Shown: positions 1 through 9,732 of the stretch, piece by piece
How the letters are laid out: each line of letters begins with the position of its first letter
Position numbering within the stretch: position 1 is the first letter of the stretch
From: Deltaproteobacteria bacterium
Lineage (GTDB): Bacteria > Desulfobacterota > Dissulfuribacteria > Dissulfuribacterales > QOAL01
Assembly: GCA_024275145.1 (NCBI GenBank)
Contig: JAJRZR010000111.1
Coordinates: forward strand, 7,466-71,465
Direction: 5' to 3'
DNA length: 64,000 nucleotides
The notes under the pieces: model-generated
What the model was told of the DNA's origin: nothing
Databases searched by the model: none
The model's input: the letters and a program-made list of their open reading frames with translations, nothing else
Translations under genes and position numbers: made by a program

Positions 1-1299
1 GATGTGTTGTTCAGGAGTCTTGGGCTACTCATAGTGGACGAAGAACACAGGTTCGGGGTGAAGCACAAGGAAAGGCTCAAGAACCTGAAGAAGAACGTTG
101 ACTGCCTGACACTGACCGCGACCCCCATTCCCAGGACCTTACAGCTTTCACTTCTTGGGATAAGGGATCTGTCCACCATAAATACACCTCCAAGGGATCG
201 TGTTCCGGTAAAGACCTTTCTTGCCCAGTACGATGATACGCTCATTAGCTCTGCAATAAACAGGGAGCTGGAACGTGGTGGCCAGATATTTTTTGTACAC
301 AACCGGGTAAAGGGTATCTACAGGCTGATGGACCACCTGAGGGGGCTCGTACCAGGGGCAAGGATAGAGGTGGCACACGGCCAGATGGCTTCCTCGGAAC
401 TGGAGCGGATAATGATCGGCTTCGTGCGTGGCCAGATAGACTGCCTGCTATGTACCACGATCATAGAATCGGGCATTGATATCCCAACTGCCAATACGAT
501 GATAATAAACCGGGCGGACAAGCTAGGCCTTGCCGATCTTTACCAGCTAAGGGGAAGGGTGGGAAGAGGTGCTGAACAGGCCTTCGCATATTTTCTGGTG
601 CCTGACCTGGAACGTATGGGCAATGACGCCAGGAAGCGTTTGCGTGCCCTGATGGACATTTCCACCTCAGGCGGAGGGCTGCGCCTTGCCATGCAGGACC
701 TTAAGATCAGGGGGGCAGGTAATATCCTGGGGGTCTCCCAATCCGGCCAGATAGCCGACGTCGGTTACGATCTCTATTTGGACCTGCTACAAAAGGCAGT
801 GGAGGAGCTAAAGGGTACTGTAGAGGCGGAAGAAATAGAGCCTGAGGTCAATTTGGGGATACCTGCCATTATCCCCGAAGGGTACGTCCCGGATGTAGGG
901 GAAAGGCTTCATCTTTACAGGCGCCTTGCCCTTCTGAGGGATGATCAGGAGGTGCTCGAGTTCGCTCTGGAGCTCGAGGACCGTTTCGGCCAACTCCCCC
1001 ATGAGGCCAGGAATCTCCTTGCTTTCGTGGGCATCAAAAGGCAACTAAGGAAGATAAACGCCATACGCATGGACAGGGGTATTGTCGGTGGTAAGGCCCG
1101 GCTTATTGTTTGTTTCGGTGTGGAAGGTCCACCCGCCCCTGACAAGCTACTCAAGGCGGTTCAGAAAAGAAAAAAATGGGGTCTTTTGCCAGACTGCAGG
1201 CTCTTCATAGAAATAGAAGGCGGCATGAAAAAAGATGATCAGGTTCTTCAGGCCATTGAGAAATGTTTGCCTTATTTGGTTGAAGCCGCTACTAATTGA
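1..1299 (+). CDS. mfd: Transcription-repair coupling factor Mfd, C-terminal ~430 aa (5' end lies outside the window)
   Basis: The frame is open to the window edge. SF2 helicase motifs are present: LLIVDEEHRFG (DEEH box), LTATPIPRT and QLRGRVGRG. A TRCF-type C-terminal domain follows. Confidence 0.9.
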   Translation, partial: DVLFRSLGLLIVDEEHRFGVKHKERLKNLKKNVDCLTLTATPIPRTLQLSLLGIRDLSTINTPPRDRVPVKTFLAQYDDTLISSAINRELERGGQIFFVHNRVKGIYRLMDHLRGLVPGARIEVAHGQMASSELERIMIGFVRGQIDCLLCTTIIESGIDIPTANTMIINRADKLGLADLYQLRGRVGRGAEQAFAYFLVPDLERMGNDARKRLRALMDISTSGGGLRLAMQDLKIRGAGNILGVSQSGQIADVGYDLYLDLLQKAVEELKGTVEAEEIEPEVNLGIPAIIPEGYVPDVGERLHLYRRLALLRDDQEVLEFALELEDRFGQLPHEARNLLAFVGIKRQLRKINAIRMDRGIVGGKARLIVCFGVEGPPAPDKLLKAVQKRKKWGLLPDCRLFIEIEGGMKKDDQVLQAIEKCLPYLVEAATN

Positions 1300-1481
1300 T
1301 TGCAATACCAACAACATCGATGCTACGGTTGGGCCTGGTTATGTAGTTCGTCCACTGTGTTGCCAGGGACTTGAAGTATCCAAGTGCGTCCGCGCACCTT
1401 CCGCCATGCATCTTTGTCGGGTCTACAGACTGCATAACCAGGTTGAACCCGGACTATACAGAAGAAACCGAGGGAATTGGA

Positions 1482-2510
1482 ATGATGAATAGTATCCGTC
1501 GCGTAACCAGGCATGCCCCAGTGCCTGGAGTGGCTGTCTTTATCATGTATATGGTGGTGCACTTATTGCTTGCCAACAATCCTGATCCTGCCCTGGGGGC
1601 ACTGGTAGACAGGGTGGTGGCAGTGATCAATGGTCAGGTGATCACCCTGTCCGAGCTTGAGGAGCGGGCCAGGCCAATTCTGGACCAGTATCTTCATGAC
1701 GATGGAAGCCCCAAGGACATGCAGTCAAAGAGGATGGAGATATTGGCAAGGCTGCTTCCCCAACTTATTGATGAATATCTTGTACAGCAAGAGGTCAAGA
1801 AAAGGGGCATAGTCGTTAGCGAACAGGAGGTGCAAAGGGCGATAGACCGGATTTGCAAGGAAAATTCCATGTCACTGGATGAATTCAAGTCCAGGCTCCG
1901 GGCAGAAGGCCTGTCCATGGAGCAGTACAGAGAGCAGATCAGACAACAGATAGAGCGATCGAAGCTGATCGGCGCTGAGGTCAGCTCCAAGATCGTGGTC
2001 ACCGATGAACAGGTCAGGTCATATTTGGAAAAAAATGGTGGGCACAGGTCATACAAGGGACCTTATTATACGCTTGATCAGATATGTGTCACCCCTTCCA
2101 ATCCCGACGACCCGGTTGCGGTAAAAGAGGCCAAGGCCAGGGCAGAGAAGGCACTCGAGGAATTGAAAAGGGGAAGGCCCTTTGCCAAAGTGGCCAAAAT
2201 GTACTCAAGCCTGCCTTCGGCAAAGGATGGAGGCAGGCTGGGCGTGTTCAGTATGGACGAGATGGCTCCATTTGTGAAGAAGGCGGTAAGGGATCTCAAG
2301 CCTGGCCAATTTTCCGATGTTATCAAGACCCCTATGGGCTGGCAGATCCTTCATCTGGACAAGATATCCCGAACCGGCCCGAGGCAGGAATTCTCCAGGG
2401 CACAGATCGAGGATGCCAGGGAAAAACTTTACAGAAAGCAACTGAACGCCCGCTTCGAGGAATGGCTAGGGGAGCTGCGATCCAAATCGGCCATAAGGAT
2501 CCTGTTGTAG
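1482..2510 (+). CDS. SurA/PpiC-type peptidyl-prolyl cis-trans isomerase with an N-terminal membrane anchor
   Basis: ORF 1371..2510. I chose the internal ATG at 1482, which follows GAGGGAA and precedes the hydrophobic segment. A SurA-N-like region (INGQVITLSELEE) and a parvulin domain (FSDVIKTPMGWQILHL) are present. Confidence 0.8.
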   Translation: MMNSIRRVTRHAPVPGVAVFIMYMVVHLLLANNPDPALGALVDRVVAVINGQVITLSELEERARPILDQYLHDDGSPKDMQSKRMEILARLLPQLIDEYLVQQEVKKRGIVVSEQEVQRAIDRICKENSMSLDEFKSRLRAEGLSMEQYREQIRQQIERSKLIGAEVSSKIVVTDEQVRSYLEKNGGHRSYKGPYYTLDQICVTPSNPDDPVAVKEAKARAEKALEELKRGRPFAKVAKMYSSLPSAKDGGRLGVFSMDEMAPFVKKAVRDLKPGQFSDVIKTPMGWQILHLDKISRTGPRQEFSRAQIEDAREKLYRKQLNARFEEWLGELRSKSAIRILL

Positions 2511-2741
2511 TTTCACCGGGGAAATATGTCCTGTCGCTGGGTCTGTGGTTTCGTGTCATGGGCCGTAGTTTCAGGTGTACCTGAGCTGCAGGGTATCAGA
2601 GGTGATGGCAGGATCTTTGCTAGACGCAAACCGGAAACGCCCGGCAAGGTTCCAGCCCGAAAGCGTGGGCCATGTCTGATGTCTGCACGATTGGGCCTGG
2701 CAAGCACGAAGGTTCTAAATATAGATTGAGAGAAAACCATC

Positions 2742-3314
2742 ATGCCAAAGGAAACGATAGGTGAATACCTGAAGCGGGAGCGGGAGCTACGCCAGATTTC
2801 CCTTGAAGAGGTTTCACAGGGGACCAAGATTTCCATCAACAGATTGAAGGCCATTGAAATGGACAGGCTTGATGAGCTTCCTGCAGAGATATTCGTCCGT
2901 GGATTTATCAAGAGTTATGCCGAATTTATAGGGCTCGTACCGGAAGACGTTCTCTTGCGCTATCAGGAGGATGTTTCCCCGGACGATCAGGCATCCGAAG
3001 AAGTTAAACTCGTGGATAAGGCTACGATCAGAAGACGGAAAGAGATCGTATTGATTCTCTTGTTGATCCTTGCCGTACTGGCAGGAATAATATTCTGGTA
3101 TCATCATCATGAACGGACAGATAAAGAGGGCAGCAGGGCTCCAGGGACCATCTCTAGTAATACTACTACCATCTCCCCTGGAGATGCGGCTTCTTCAGCC
3201 TTGAAAGAAGAGGAAGTGCTACCGTCATTTGCCGACAAGGCCAGTCAGGCCTCTGGCGATTCCCAGGTAAAAAGTGAGGGCAATGGGTCATCCGCTTCTC
3301 CAGGCCGGCAGTGA
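2742..3314 (+). CDS. RodZ-like helix-turn-helix (XRE-type) membrane protein
   Basis: N-terminal IGEYLKRERELRQISLEEVSQGTKISINRLKAIE...FVRGFIKSYAEFIGL is followed by one transmembrane helix and a Ser/Ala-rich tail. Confidence 0.7.
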   Translation: MPKETIGEYLKRERELRQISLEEVSQGTKISINRLKAIEMDRLDELPAEIFVRGFIKSYAEFIGLVPEDVLLRYQEDVSPDDQASEEVKLVDKATIRRRKEIVLILLLILAVLAGIIFWYHHHERTDKEGSRAPGTISSNTTTISPGDAASSALKEEEVLPSFADKASQASGDSQVKSEGNGSSASPGRQ

Positions 3315-3383
3315 CGAATCCCCTGGCGATCCTGTCGCCTTACAGGTACATTTGCTTTTCGTGTTCATCTGTCAGGATAAATC

Positions 3384-4139
3384 GTGACCAGTAACCTTTT
3401 GAAGTGCCAGGCCTTTGTATTGGCTACACGGGATCTTGGCGAATCGGACAGACTTGTCACTCTGTTCACCCGCACCAATGGCCGGATAATGACCATTGCC
3501 AAGGGTGCCAAGAGGAGCCGCAGGCGTTTTGTGAACGCCCTGGAACCATGTACATTGATTCAGGCCAATATTGCCCTTCCCAGGACTACCGGACTGTCAA
3601 GGCTGGATAGTGCCGCTATCGAGGAGAGTTATCCGTCCATAAGGTCTGACTTCAAAGAATATCTATATGCCAGCCTGAGCTGCGAGCTGGTCAGTCTTTG
3701 GACCAGGGAAGGCTCACCGGACAAAGATATCTTTGATATCTTCAAATGGTATCTTGATGGCCTCTCCGATGGGACCGATCCTAAGGAGAGAACGCTATTT
3801 TTCAAGACACGTCTCCTGACCCTTGTAGGTTATGCGCCTGACTTTGGGTCCTGCATTCGATGCAAAGGCGCACCTGTAGGACCTATCCTGTTCAGGATTC
3901 CCGCGGGAGGGTTCATCTGCAAGGCCTGCCTCGAAGAAAAGGATGGGCGCGCCTCCAACATGGTAAATGCCGGGGTGATAGGTTCCCTACGGTTCATTCA
4001 GAAGGCCGATCCATCAAGGCTGTCGAGACTGCATCTGACAGGTCCGACAATGAACCAGGCATGGAATATTATAAAGGGCCTCCATTGTCACCATTTGCAG
4101 ACGATGCCTGCTTCGTATAAGGTTCTCTCTTCCATATAG
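3384..4139 (+). CDS. recO: DNA repair protein RecO
   Basis: GTG start. OB-fold N-terminus (AFVLATRDLGESDRLVTLFTRTNGRIMTIAKGAKRSRRRF) and a Cys4 zinc motif (CIRC...CKAC). Confidence 0.85.
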   Translation: MTSNLLKCQAFVLATRDLGESDRLVTLFTRTNGRIMTIAKGAKRSRRRFVNALEPCTLIQANIALPRTTGLSRLDSAAIEESYPSIRSDFKEYLYASLSCELVSLWTREGSPDKDIFDIFKWYLDGLSDGTDPKERTLFFKTRLLTLVGYAPDFGSCIRCKGAPVGPILFRIPAGGFICKACLEEKDGRASNMVNAGVIGSLRFIQKADPSRLSRLHLTGPTMNQAWNIIKGLHCHHLQTMPASYKVLSSI

Positions 4140-4372
4140 TCAGTATCCCATGTTATGTATTTTTCAACCCAAACTGTAGACACCCGGGGTGCGTAATCTA
4201 TCGTGAAAACACGGGCAACGTCTTCCTTTGTGCCTGGGTGTGCCCTCTTGGCAGGGGTGCCTGCACTAATGGCCGGTAGTAAAGGAGAGCAATAATCAAT
4301 AGCCGGTCAGGATCGACAATATTTGGTCGACTCTATTTGTGCCTCCTGGTAATACATGGAAGGGATTAATTT

Positions 4373-5116
4373 GTGAAGAATAAGGGAAAAAAGATCTTGG
4401 ACAATCACGTCAATGAAAAGGAACAATATGTCTTAAGCGGCCTGAGCGTTACCGAGAGTTGGCGTCTTTTCCGTATACTAGCCGAATTCGTTGATGGTTT
4501 CGAGGCCCTTTGCAAGATCTATCCGGCTGTTACCGTCTTTGGGTCTGCCAGGGTGGACCCGGGAAGTAGCGCATATCAAACGGCAGAGACTATTGCCAGG
4601 GGCCTTTCAAGGGCTGGCTATTCAATAGTGACAGGAGGCGGCCCGGGAGTCATGGAGGCTGCCAACAAGGGAGCTGCCGAGGCTGGAGGGGTCTCGGTGG
4701 GCCTCAACATAAAACTTCCACATGAACAGCGTCCCAACCCCTATGCCAATATCAGCCTTGGCTTCAGGTATTTTTTTGTAAGGAAGGTAATGCTGATAAG
4801 GTATGCGGTAGCCTTTGTATGCCTGCCCGGTGGCTATGGTACCCTTGATGAATTTTCAGAGGCCATAACACTTATACAGACCAGAAAGATAAAGCCCTTT
4901 CCTGTAATATTGGTGGGTAGTGACTATTGGAAGGGGTTCGTACAATGGTTGGACAAATCGATGCTCAGAAACGGCATGATACGACCAGAGGACCTGGAAC
5001 TTTTTCACGTGCTGGACGACCCGGATCAGGTAATAGACACGGTGAAAAGGCTTGCACCACAAGAGATGGCCGAGGTGGCTGCTACCTGCCCTGTGGGGGG
5101 GCGTTTTAAACCCTGA
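4373..5116 (+). CDS. LOG family (TIGR00730) nucleotide 5'-monophosphate nucleosidase-like protein
   Basis: Motifs VTGGGPGVMEAANKGA and PGGYGTLDEF. GTG start. Confidence 0.85.
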   Translation: MKNKGKKILDNHVNEKEQYVLSGLSVTESWRLFRILAEFVDGFEALCKIYPAVTVFGSARVDPGSSAYQTAETIARGLSRAGYSIVTGGGPGVMEAANKGAAEAGGVSVGLNIKLPHEQRPNPYANISLGFRYFFVRKVMLIRYAVAFVCLPGGYGTLDEFSEAITLIQTRKIKPFPVILVGSDYWKGFVQWLDKSMLRNGMIRPEDLELFHVLDDPDQVIDTVKRLAPQEMAEVAATCPVGGRFKP

Positions 5117-5570
5117 AAGGTCCGTTCCAGTCATTCTTTTTCTCACCCTTCTGTCCGCATAACCGTCTCCTCGATATCTCTATGCAGTCATCCTGGTTCA
5201 CACGCATTCATTCATTGAAGTCATTGGCCCCATCGGCCGATCAATAAAAGGAAGGTGATTTTCATCCTGGATCGCATGGCTTGCGAGTTTGTCAAAGGAT
5301 GCAAGGCATAGGGAAGGTGTATACCTGGGTATTTCGTGTCCTTGGTAACGCACGACGGCCCCTCAGCGGGTTGTAGGCCCTTTGGACATCGATTGCTACG
5401 TGTATGCAGATTAGTTGATAAGCACTTTTCAAGCGTGATTCAAGTCAACCTGATTAAGTCTAACTTGCTGAAATAGTAGCAAAAATAAGCGGTAAGGCAG
5501 ATAATATCGGGATAATGGACAGCCTGCATTCCACGTGCAGGGACTTATTTAAAAGTATCGAGGAGAAAGC

Positions 5571-7244
5571 GTGATAATGAGAGCGAATTTCTTTAAAAAT
5601 TTGACCGTCAAGGGACGTCTCGCGGGATTTGTTGGTTTTTTGCTGTCCCTGCTCGTGGCTTCAGGCCTTGGAGGGCTTAGCGGGATGCGCAGTGCCAACC
5701 ACGCCCTCTCCACGGTGTACAGGCATCAGGTGATCCCCTTGAAAAATCTTAAGGAGATTGAAGACCTGTTCAACAGGCAAATCATCGATACTACCCAAAG
5801 GGCCCTCAATGGACAACTTTCATGGGATGTGGCCAGACGGACAGTGGAACAGGCAAAGGAAGACATCCCAGGGAAATGGAAGCTGGTTTATGAGACAGAT
5901 GTGGATTCATCCGGGAATGAGTTCGAGGCCAGGAGGACAAAGGATCTGGCAGAGACTGCACCGTTGATCAAGGCGATAGAGGATGTCAGTCAGAAACTCA
6001 TAGCTGCCCTGCAGCAAAAGGACACGAAGAGGCTATCCGCCCTGATGACGAATGATCTGCTTCCCCTTGCCGAACCTCTCGGAGAAAAGGTCAATATCCT
6101 GCTAAACGATAGCCTGGCAAGTGCAAAAACCGAATATGAAAGGGTTCAAAAAAATTATAAAATCTCCAAATTTGCCTTCATCGCTACCCTGTTGATTGCC
6201 ATAGCGGTTTCACTGTTCGCCAGTTTCATGTTGATCAAGGGGATAGATAACTCCCTTTCATTGATAAGGGAGGCCATGGGACGCATGAAGGAAGGAGACC
6301 TTACCCAGCGCATCGAATATGACCGAAAAGATGAATTTGGGGAGCTTATAGAGGGCTTCAATTGCATGGCCGACTATCTTTCCACACTCATTTCACAGGT
6401 ACAGAAATCAGGTATCCAGCTTGCCAGCTCCATAACGGAATTTGCGGCTACGACCAAGGAGCAGGCCACCATGACCAACGAGCAGGCGGCGGCGGCAAAC
6501 CAGATAGCTGCTTCGACGAACGAGATCGCAGCGACTGCATCAAGTCTCAAGGATACTATGAACGAGGTGTTGAAAGTAGCAAGGGGAACTGCCAAGGCCG
6601 CAGCCAGTGGAAGGGAGGGCCTATCCAGCATAGATGATTCAATGGGCAGGATGGAGGAGGCCACGGGCACTATAGTGGCGAAACTTGGCATACTCAGTGA
6701 GAAGGCCGGCAAGATCGCAGGGGTAGTTCAGACTATCAACAAGGTGGCGGACCAGACCAACCTGCTGTCTCTGAATGCGGCCATCGAGGCGGAAAAGGCC
6801 GGCGATTATGGTTCGGGTTTTGCCGTGGTGGCCACAGAGATACGGCGCCTGGCCGATCAGACTGCGGTTGCGACCTATGATATCGAACAGATGGTGCAGG
6901 ACGTCCAGTCGGCCGTCTCCTCTGGCGTTATGGGGATGGATAAATTCGCAGAACAGGTCCATAGCAGCGTTATCAACATCCGGCAGATCGGGGCACAACT
7001 TTCTTCGATGATAAACGAAATCCAGGGCCTTATACCGCAAATAGAGGCAGTTAATGAGGGCATGGAGTCCCAGTCCCTGGGGGCCAAACAGATCAGTGAG
7101 GCAATCAGCCATCTGAACGAGGGGGCACAAAAGGCAGCGGCAGCAATCAACCAAACCAATTCGGTCATCTTCGAACTCAACAAATCTTCCTTGATCCTCC
7201 AGGATGAGGTCTCTAGATTCAAGGTGGACAAGGATCAGGCCTGA
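5571..7244 (+). CDS. Methyl-accepting chemotaxis protein (WspA-like): two transmembrane helices, a periplasmic domain, HAMP and an MCP signalling domain
   Basis: The highly conserved MCP hairpin NKVADQTNLLSLNAAIEAEKAG..GFAVVATEIRRLADQTA is present. HAMP lies after the second transmembrane helix. It is the first gene of the che-like operon. Confidence 0.9.
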   Translation: MIMRANFFKNLTVKGRLAGFVGFLLSLLVASGLGGLSGMRSANHALSTVYRHQVIPLKNLKEIEDLFNRQIIDTTQRALNGQLSWDVARRTVEQAKEDIPGKWKLVYETDVDSSGNEFEARRTKDLAETAPLIKAIEDVSQKLIAALQQKDTKRLSALMTNDLLPLAEPLGEKVNILLNDSLASAKTEYERVQKNYKISKFAFIATLLIAIAVSLFASFMLIKGIDNSLSLIREAMGRMKEGDLTQRIEYDRKDEFGELIEGFNCMADYLSTLISQVQKSGIQLASSITEFAATTKEQATMTNEQAAAANQIAASTNEIAATASSLKDTMNEVLKVARGTAKAAASGREGLSSIDDSMGRMEEATGTIVAKLGILSEKAGKIAGVVQTINKVADQTNLLSLNAAIEAEKAGDYGSGFAVVATEIRRLADQTAVATYDIEQMVQDVQSAVSSGVMGMDKFAEQVHSSVINIRQIGAQLSSMINEIQGLIPQIEAVNEGMESQSLGAKQISEAISHLNEGAQKAAAAINQTNSVIFELNKSSLILQDEVSRFKVDKDQA

Positions 7245-7246
7245 TC

Positions 7247-7711
7247 ATGTTACTTCTTCACTTTGAGATAGGAGAAGGCAAATATGCCCTACCAGCCGAG
7301 CGTGTGTTAAAGGTCCTGCCCTATATCAAGCTCAAAAAGATACCAAAGACCCCTGAGTTCGTGGCGGGTTTCATGAACTACCGCGGCAGGTTGATCCCTG
7401 TTATCGATCTTTGCTCCCTCATACTGGACAGGCCCTGTAACCCGTTTTTGAGCACCAGGATCATCCTGATTGACTATCCCTTCGGTAAAGAGGGGACTGC
7501 GCCCCTGGGCCTGATTGCAGAATGCGTTACCGAGGCTGTTCATGGAAACGAGTCAGACTTTGTATTCTCTGGCCTCAAGCACCAGGACAGCCCCTTTCTG
7601 GGAGGGGTTGCGCTGGATGAAGAAGGAATGGTGCAGTTCATAGAGACCAATCTCTTGTTACCAGGACAGGTTCGTGACATGCTTTTTAACTACGAAAATA
7701 TGAGGGCATGA
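7247..7711 (+). CDS. cheW: CheW-like coupling protein (WspB-like)
   Basis: A single CheW domain of 154 aa (YALPAERVLKVLPY...PEFVAGFMNYRGRLIPVIDL). It starts 3 nt after the MCP stop. Confidence 0.85.
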   Translation: MLLLHFEIGEGKYALPAERVLKVLPYIKLKKIPKTPEFVAGFMNYRGRLIPVIDLCSLILDRPCNPFLSTRIILIDYPFGKEGTAPLGLIAECVTEAVHGNESDFVFSGLKHQDSPFLGGVALDEEGMVQFIETNLLLPGQVRDMLFNYENMRA

Positions 7712-7721
7712 AGCGGAATTT

Positions 7722-9047
7722 ATGGCTGTCTCCACCATAGAAGACCTGCTTCGCGAGATCATAGGCCTTGATACAGATACAGTAGGTCGTGCCATGGTGG
7801 ATCTGTCTGTATCTCGCAGGATGAGGGTCCTTGGACTGACCAGCAAGAGGGAATACCTTACAAGGCTTCGCCATTCACAAAGGGAAAGGGATGCGCTTAT
7901 CGAGGAGGTGGTGGTACCGGAGACATGGTTCTTCAGGGACAGAAAGCCCTTCACCGCGCTTGCCAGATATGTAACGGAGATATTATTCCCCGACAAAATG
8001 ACGGACAGGATTCGTTTGTTGAGTATCCCTTGCTCCACTGGAGAGGAGCCATATTCGATGGCCATGTCACTTATTGAGGCCGGGGTGCCCAGGGACAGAT
8101 TTTTTATCGACGGGGTCGATGTAAGCCGGAAGGCCATATCCATGGCGAAGGCCGCAATCTTCAAGGAAAGATCATTCCGGGACTGTGACCCGGATATGCG
8201 TGAAAAATATTTCATAAGGATGGGTGATGACTATCGTCTTCGGGACGTAATCCGTTCAAAGGTGAATTTTATCCGGGGTAATATACTTGACAGGCGGTTC
8301 ATGTTCAGTCTCGGTTCATATGAGGTGATCTTTTGCCGCAACCTGTTGATCTATTTTGATGAAAAGACAAGGGCCAGGACCCTCAACGTACTTAGCGATC
8401 TGCTGGTGGATGAGGGCATGTTCATAGTAGGCCATGCCGAAGGAGGCCGGCTTTCCAACAAAGGGTTTGTAAGTACTCCGTTTGCCAAGGCCTTTGCCTT
8501 TTTCAAAAAGAGGGATCATCAAGATGACGCGAAGATTTTCAAAGTGGATGGGTATCAACAAGATCGTCTCTTTCCACCGGTCCTGGACAGATATCTTACC
8601 TACCTTGGTAGCAAGGCATCTTCCTCCGGAATTTTGAAGGCAATCCCCGGACAGATTGCCTCTTCAAGTAAGGAAAATAGGCAGGATATCCTTATATCCG
8701 CCAGGGATATGGCGGATAAAGGCCAGTTGGAGATGGCAGCGAGGCTATGTGAGAGATACCTGCAGGATAACGGGCCTTCCTCCCAGGCATATTTTCTGCT
8801 GGGTGTGATAAGTGATGCGGCCGGCAATTCAGGCCAGGCCCGGGATGCCTTCAGTAAGGCCATCTACCTGGATCCAAACCATTATGAATCCCTCATTTTT
8901 CTTTCATATCTTGCTGAAAAAAGAGGAGATATCGAAAGGGCAGATCTGTTCCGGCAGCGAGCGAGGAGAGCAAAGAACCGTATGGAGACCAAACATGGGG
9001 ATAAATCTGGTTCGCTGCACGGGGATTCAACGCAGAAGCTCGCCTAG
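7722..9047 (+). CDS. cheR: CheR-type chemoreceptor methyltransferase with a C-terminal TPR region (WspC-like)
   Basis: ETWFFRD, SIPCSTGEEPYSMAM and IFCRNLLIYFD SAM-methyltransferase motifs. TPR-like repeats occur in the last ~130 aa. Confidence 0.9.
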   Translation: MAVSTIEDLLREIIGLDTDTVGRAMVDLSVSRRMRVLGLTSKREYLTRLRHSQRERDALIEEVVVPETWFFRDRKPFTALARYVTEILFPDKMTDRIRLLSIPCSTGEEPYSMAMSLIEAGVPRDRFFIDGVDVSRKAISMAKAAIFKERSFRDCDPDMREKYFIRMGDDYRLRDVIRSKVNFIRGNILDRRFMFSLGSYEVIFCRNLLIYFDEKTRARTLNVLSDLLVDEGMFIVGHAEGGRLSNKGFVSTPFAKAFAFFKKRDHQDDAKIFKVDGYQQDRLFPPVLDRYLTYLGSKASSSGILKAIPGQIASSSKENRQDILISARDMADKGQLEMAARLCERYLQDNGPSSQAYFLLGVISDAAGNSGQARDAFSKAIYLDPNHYESLIFLSYLAEKRGDIERADLFRQRARRAKNRMETKHGDKSGSLHGDSTQKLA

Positions 9048-9057
9048 GGGGTCCATC

Positions 9058-9732
9058 ATGAATCAAGTACACATAGAAGATTGTTGGAATCATATAGGTG
9101 TATGGGGCAGCCGGAGGGACAGATGCCCAAGGTTGAAGGATGTTATCCACTGCCGGAACTGCGATGTCTATTCCCAGGCAGGAAGACGCCTGCTGGACAG
9201 GCCTTCCCCGGCAGAATACATGGAAGAATGGACCAGAATACTGGCCTCAAGTATTGAGGATCAAAGGGACAAGACATGCAGTGCCTTTGTATTCCGCATA
9301 GGTGAGGAATGGCTGGCACTCGGGGTGGATCTCATAAGAGAGGTGGCAGAGATGGACGTGGTTCACAGCCTACCACACCATGATGACTATTTTATAAAGG
9401 GTGTAGTCAATATACGAGGGAAGCTTGAGACCTGTATATCCCTGGGTGATGTGCTTGGAATTAATAAGGGAAAGCAAAAGGACAAACGTGCAGGTTTTAT
9501 ATCACCGGAACGGCTCGTTGTGATCGAACGGGATGGGATATGTCTGGTTTTTCCGGTAAGCGAGATAATGGGGATAATACGTTATCAGCCCCAGGCCCTG
9601 GAGGATGTACCTGTTACCGTTGCCAAGTCAAAGGCTGCATATACCAGGAATATGCTCAATATGGATGGAAAGGAGATAGGGTTGCTAGACGAGGAGCGTC
9701 TGTTTGATTTCATAATAAGGAGTGCCTTATGA
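9058..9732 (+). CDS. CheW-like protein with an N-terminal Cys-rich segment (WspD-like)
   Basis: ORF 8812..9732 overlaps cheR. The ATG at 9058 lies just after the cheR stop. A CheW domain (FVFRIGEEWLALGVDLIREV...IKGVVNIRGKL) is preceded by C-x13-C-x8-C-x2-C. Confidence 0.8.
   Translation: MNQVHIEDCWNHIGVWGSRRDRCPRLKDVIHCRNCDVYSQAGRRLLDRPSPAEYMEEWTRILASSIEDQRDKTCSAFVFRIGEEWLALGVDLIREVAEMDVVHSLPHHDDYFIKGVVNIRGKLETCISLGDVLGINKGKQKDKRAGFISPERLVVIERDGICLVFPVSEIMGIIRYQPQALEDVPVTVAKSKAAYTRNMLNMDGKEIGLLDEERLFDFIIRSAL

Noticed and set aside
5383-5396. A sigma-54-like promoter, TGGACATCGATTGC, upstream of the MCP gene.
   Set aside because: The GG-to-GC spacing is 11 nt rather than the canonical 12, and the -24 element is TGGACA rather than TGGCAC. 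This is too weak to call.
8812-9057. An upstream extension of the WspD-like ORF (listed from 8812), which would overlap cheR by 236 nt.
   Set aside because: The extension is read out of frame across the well-supported CheR TPR region. The ATG at 9058, right after the cheR stop, begins the conserved CWNHIG... sequence.
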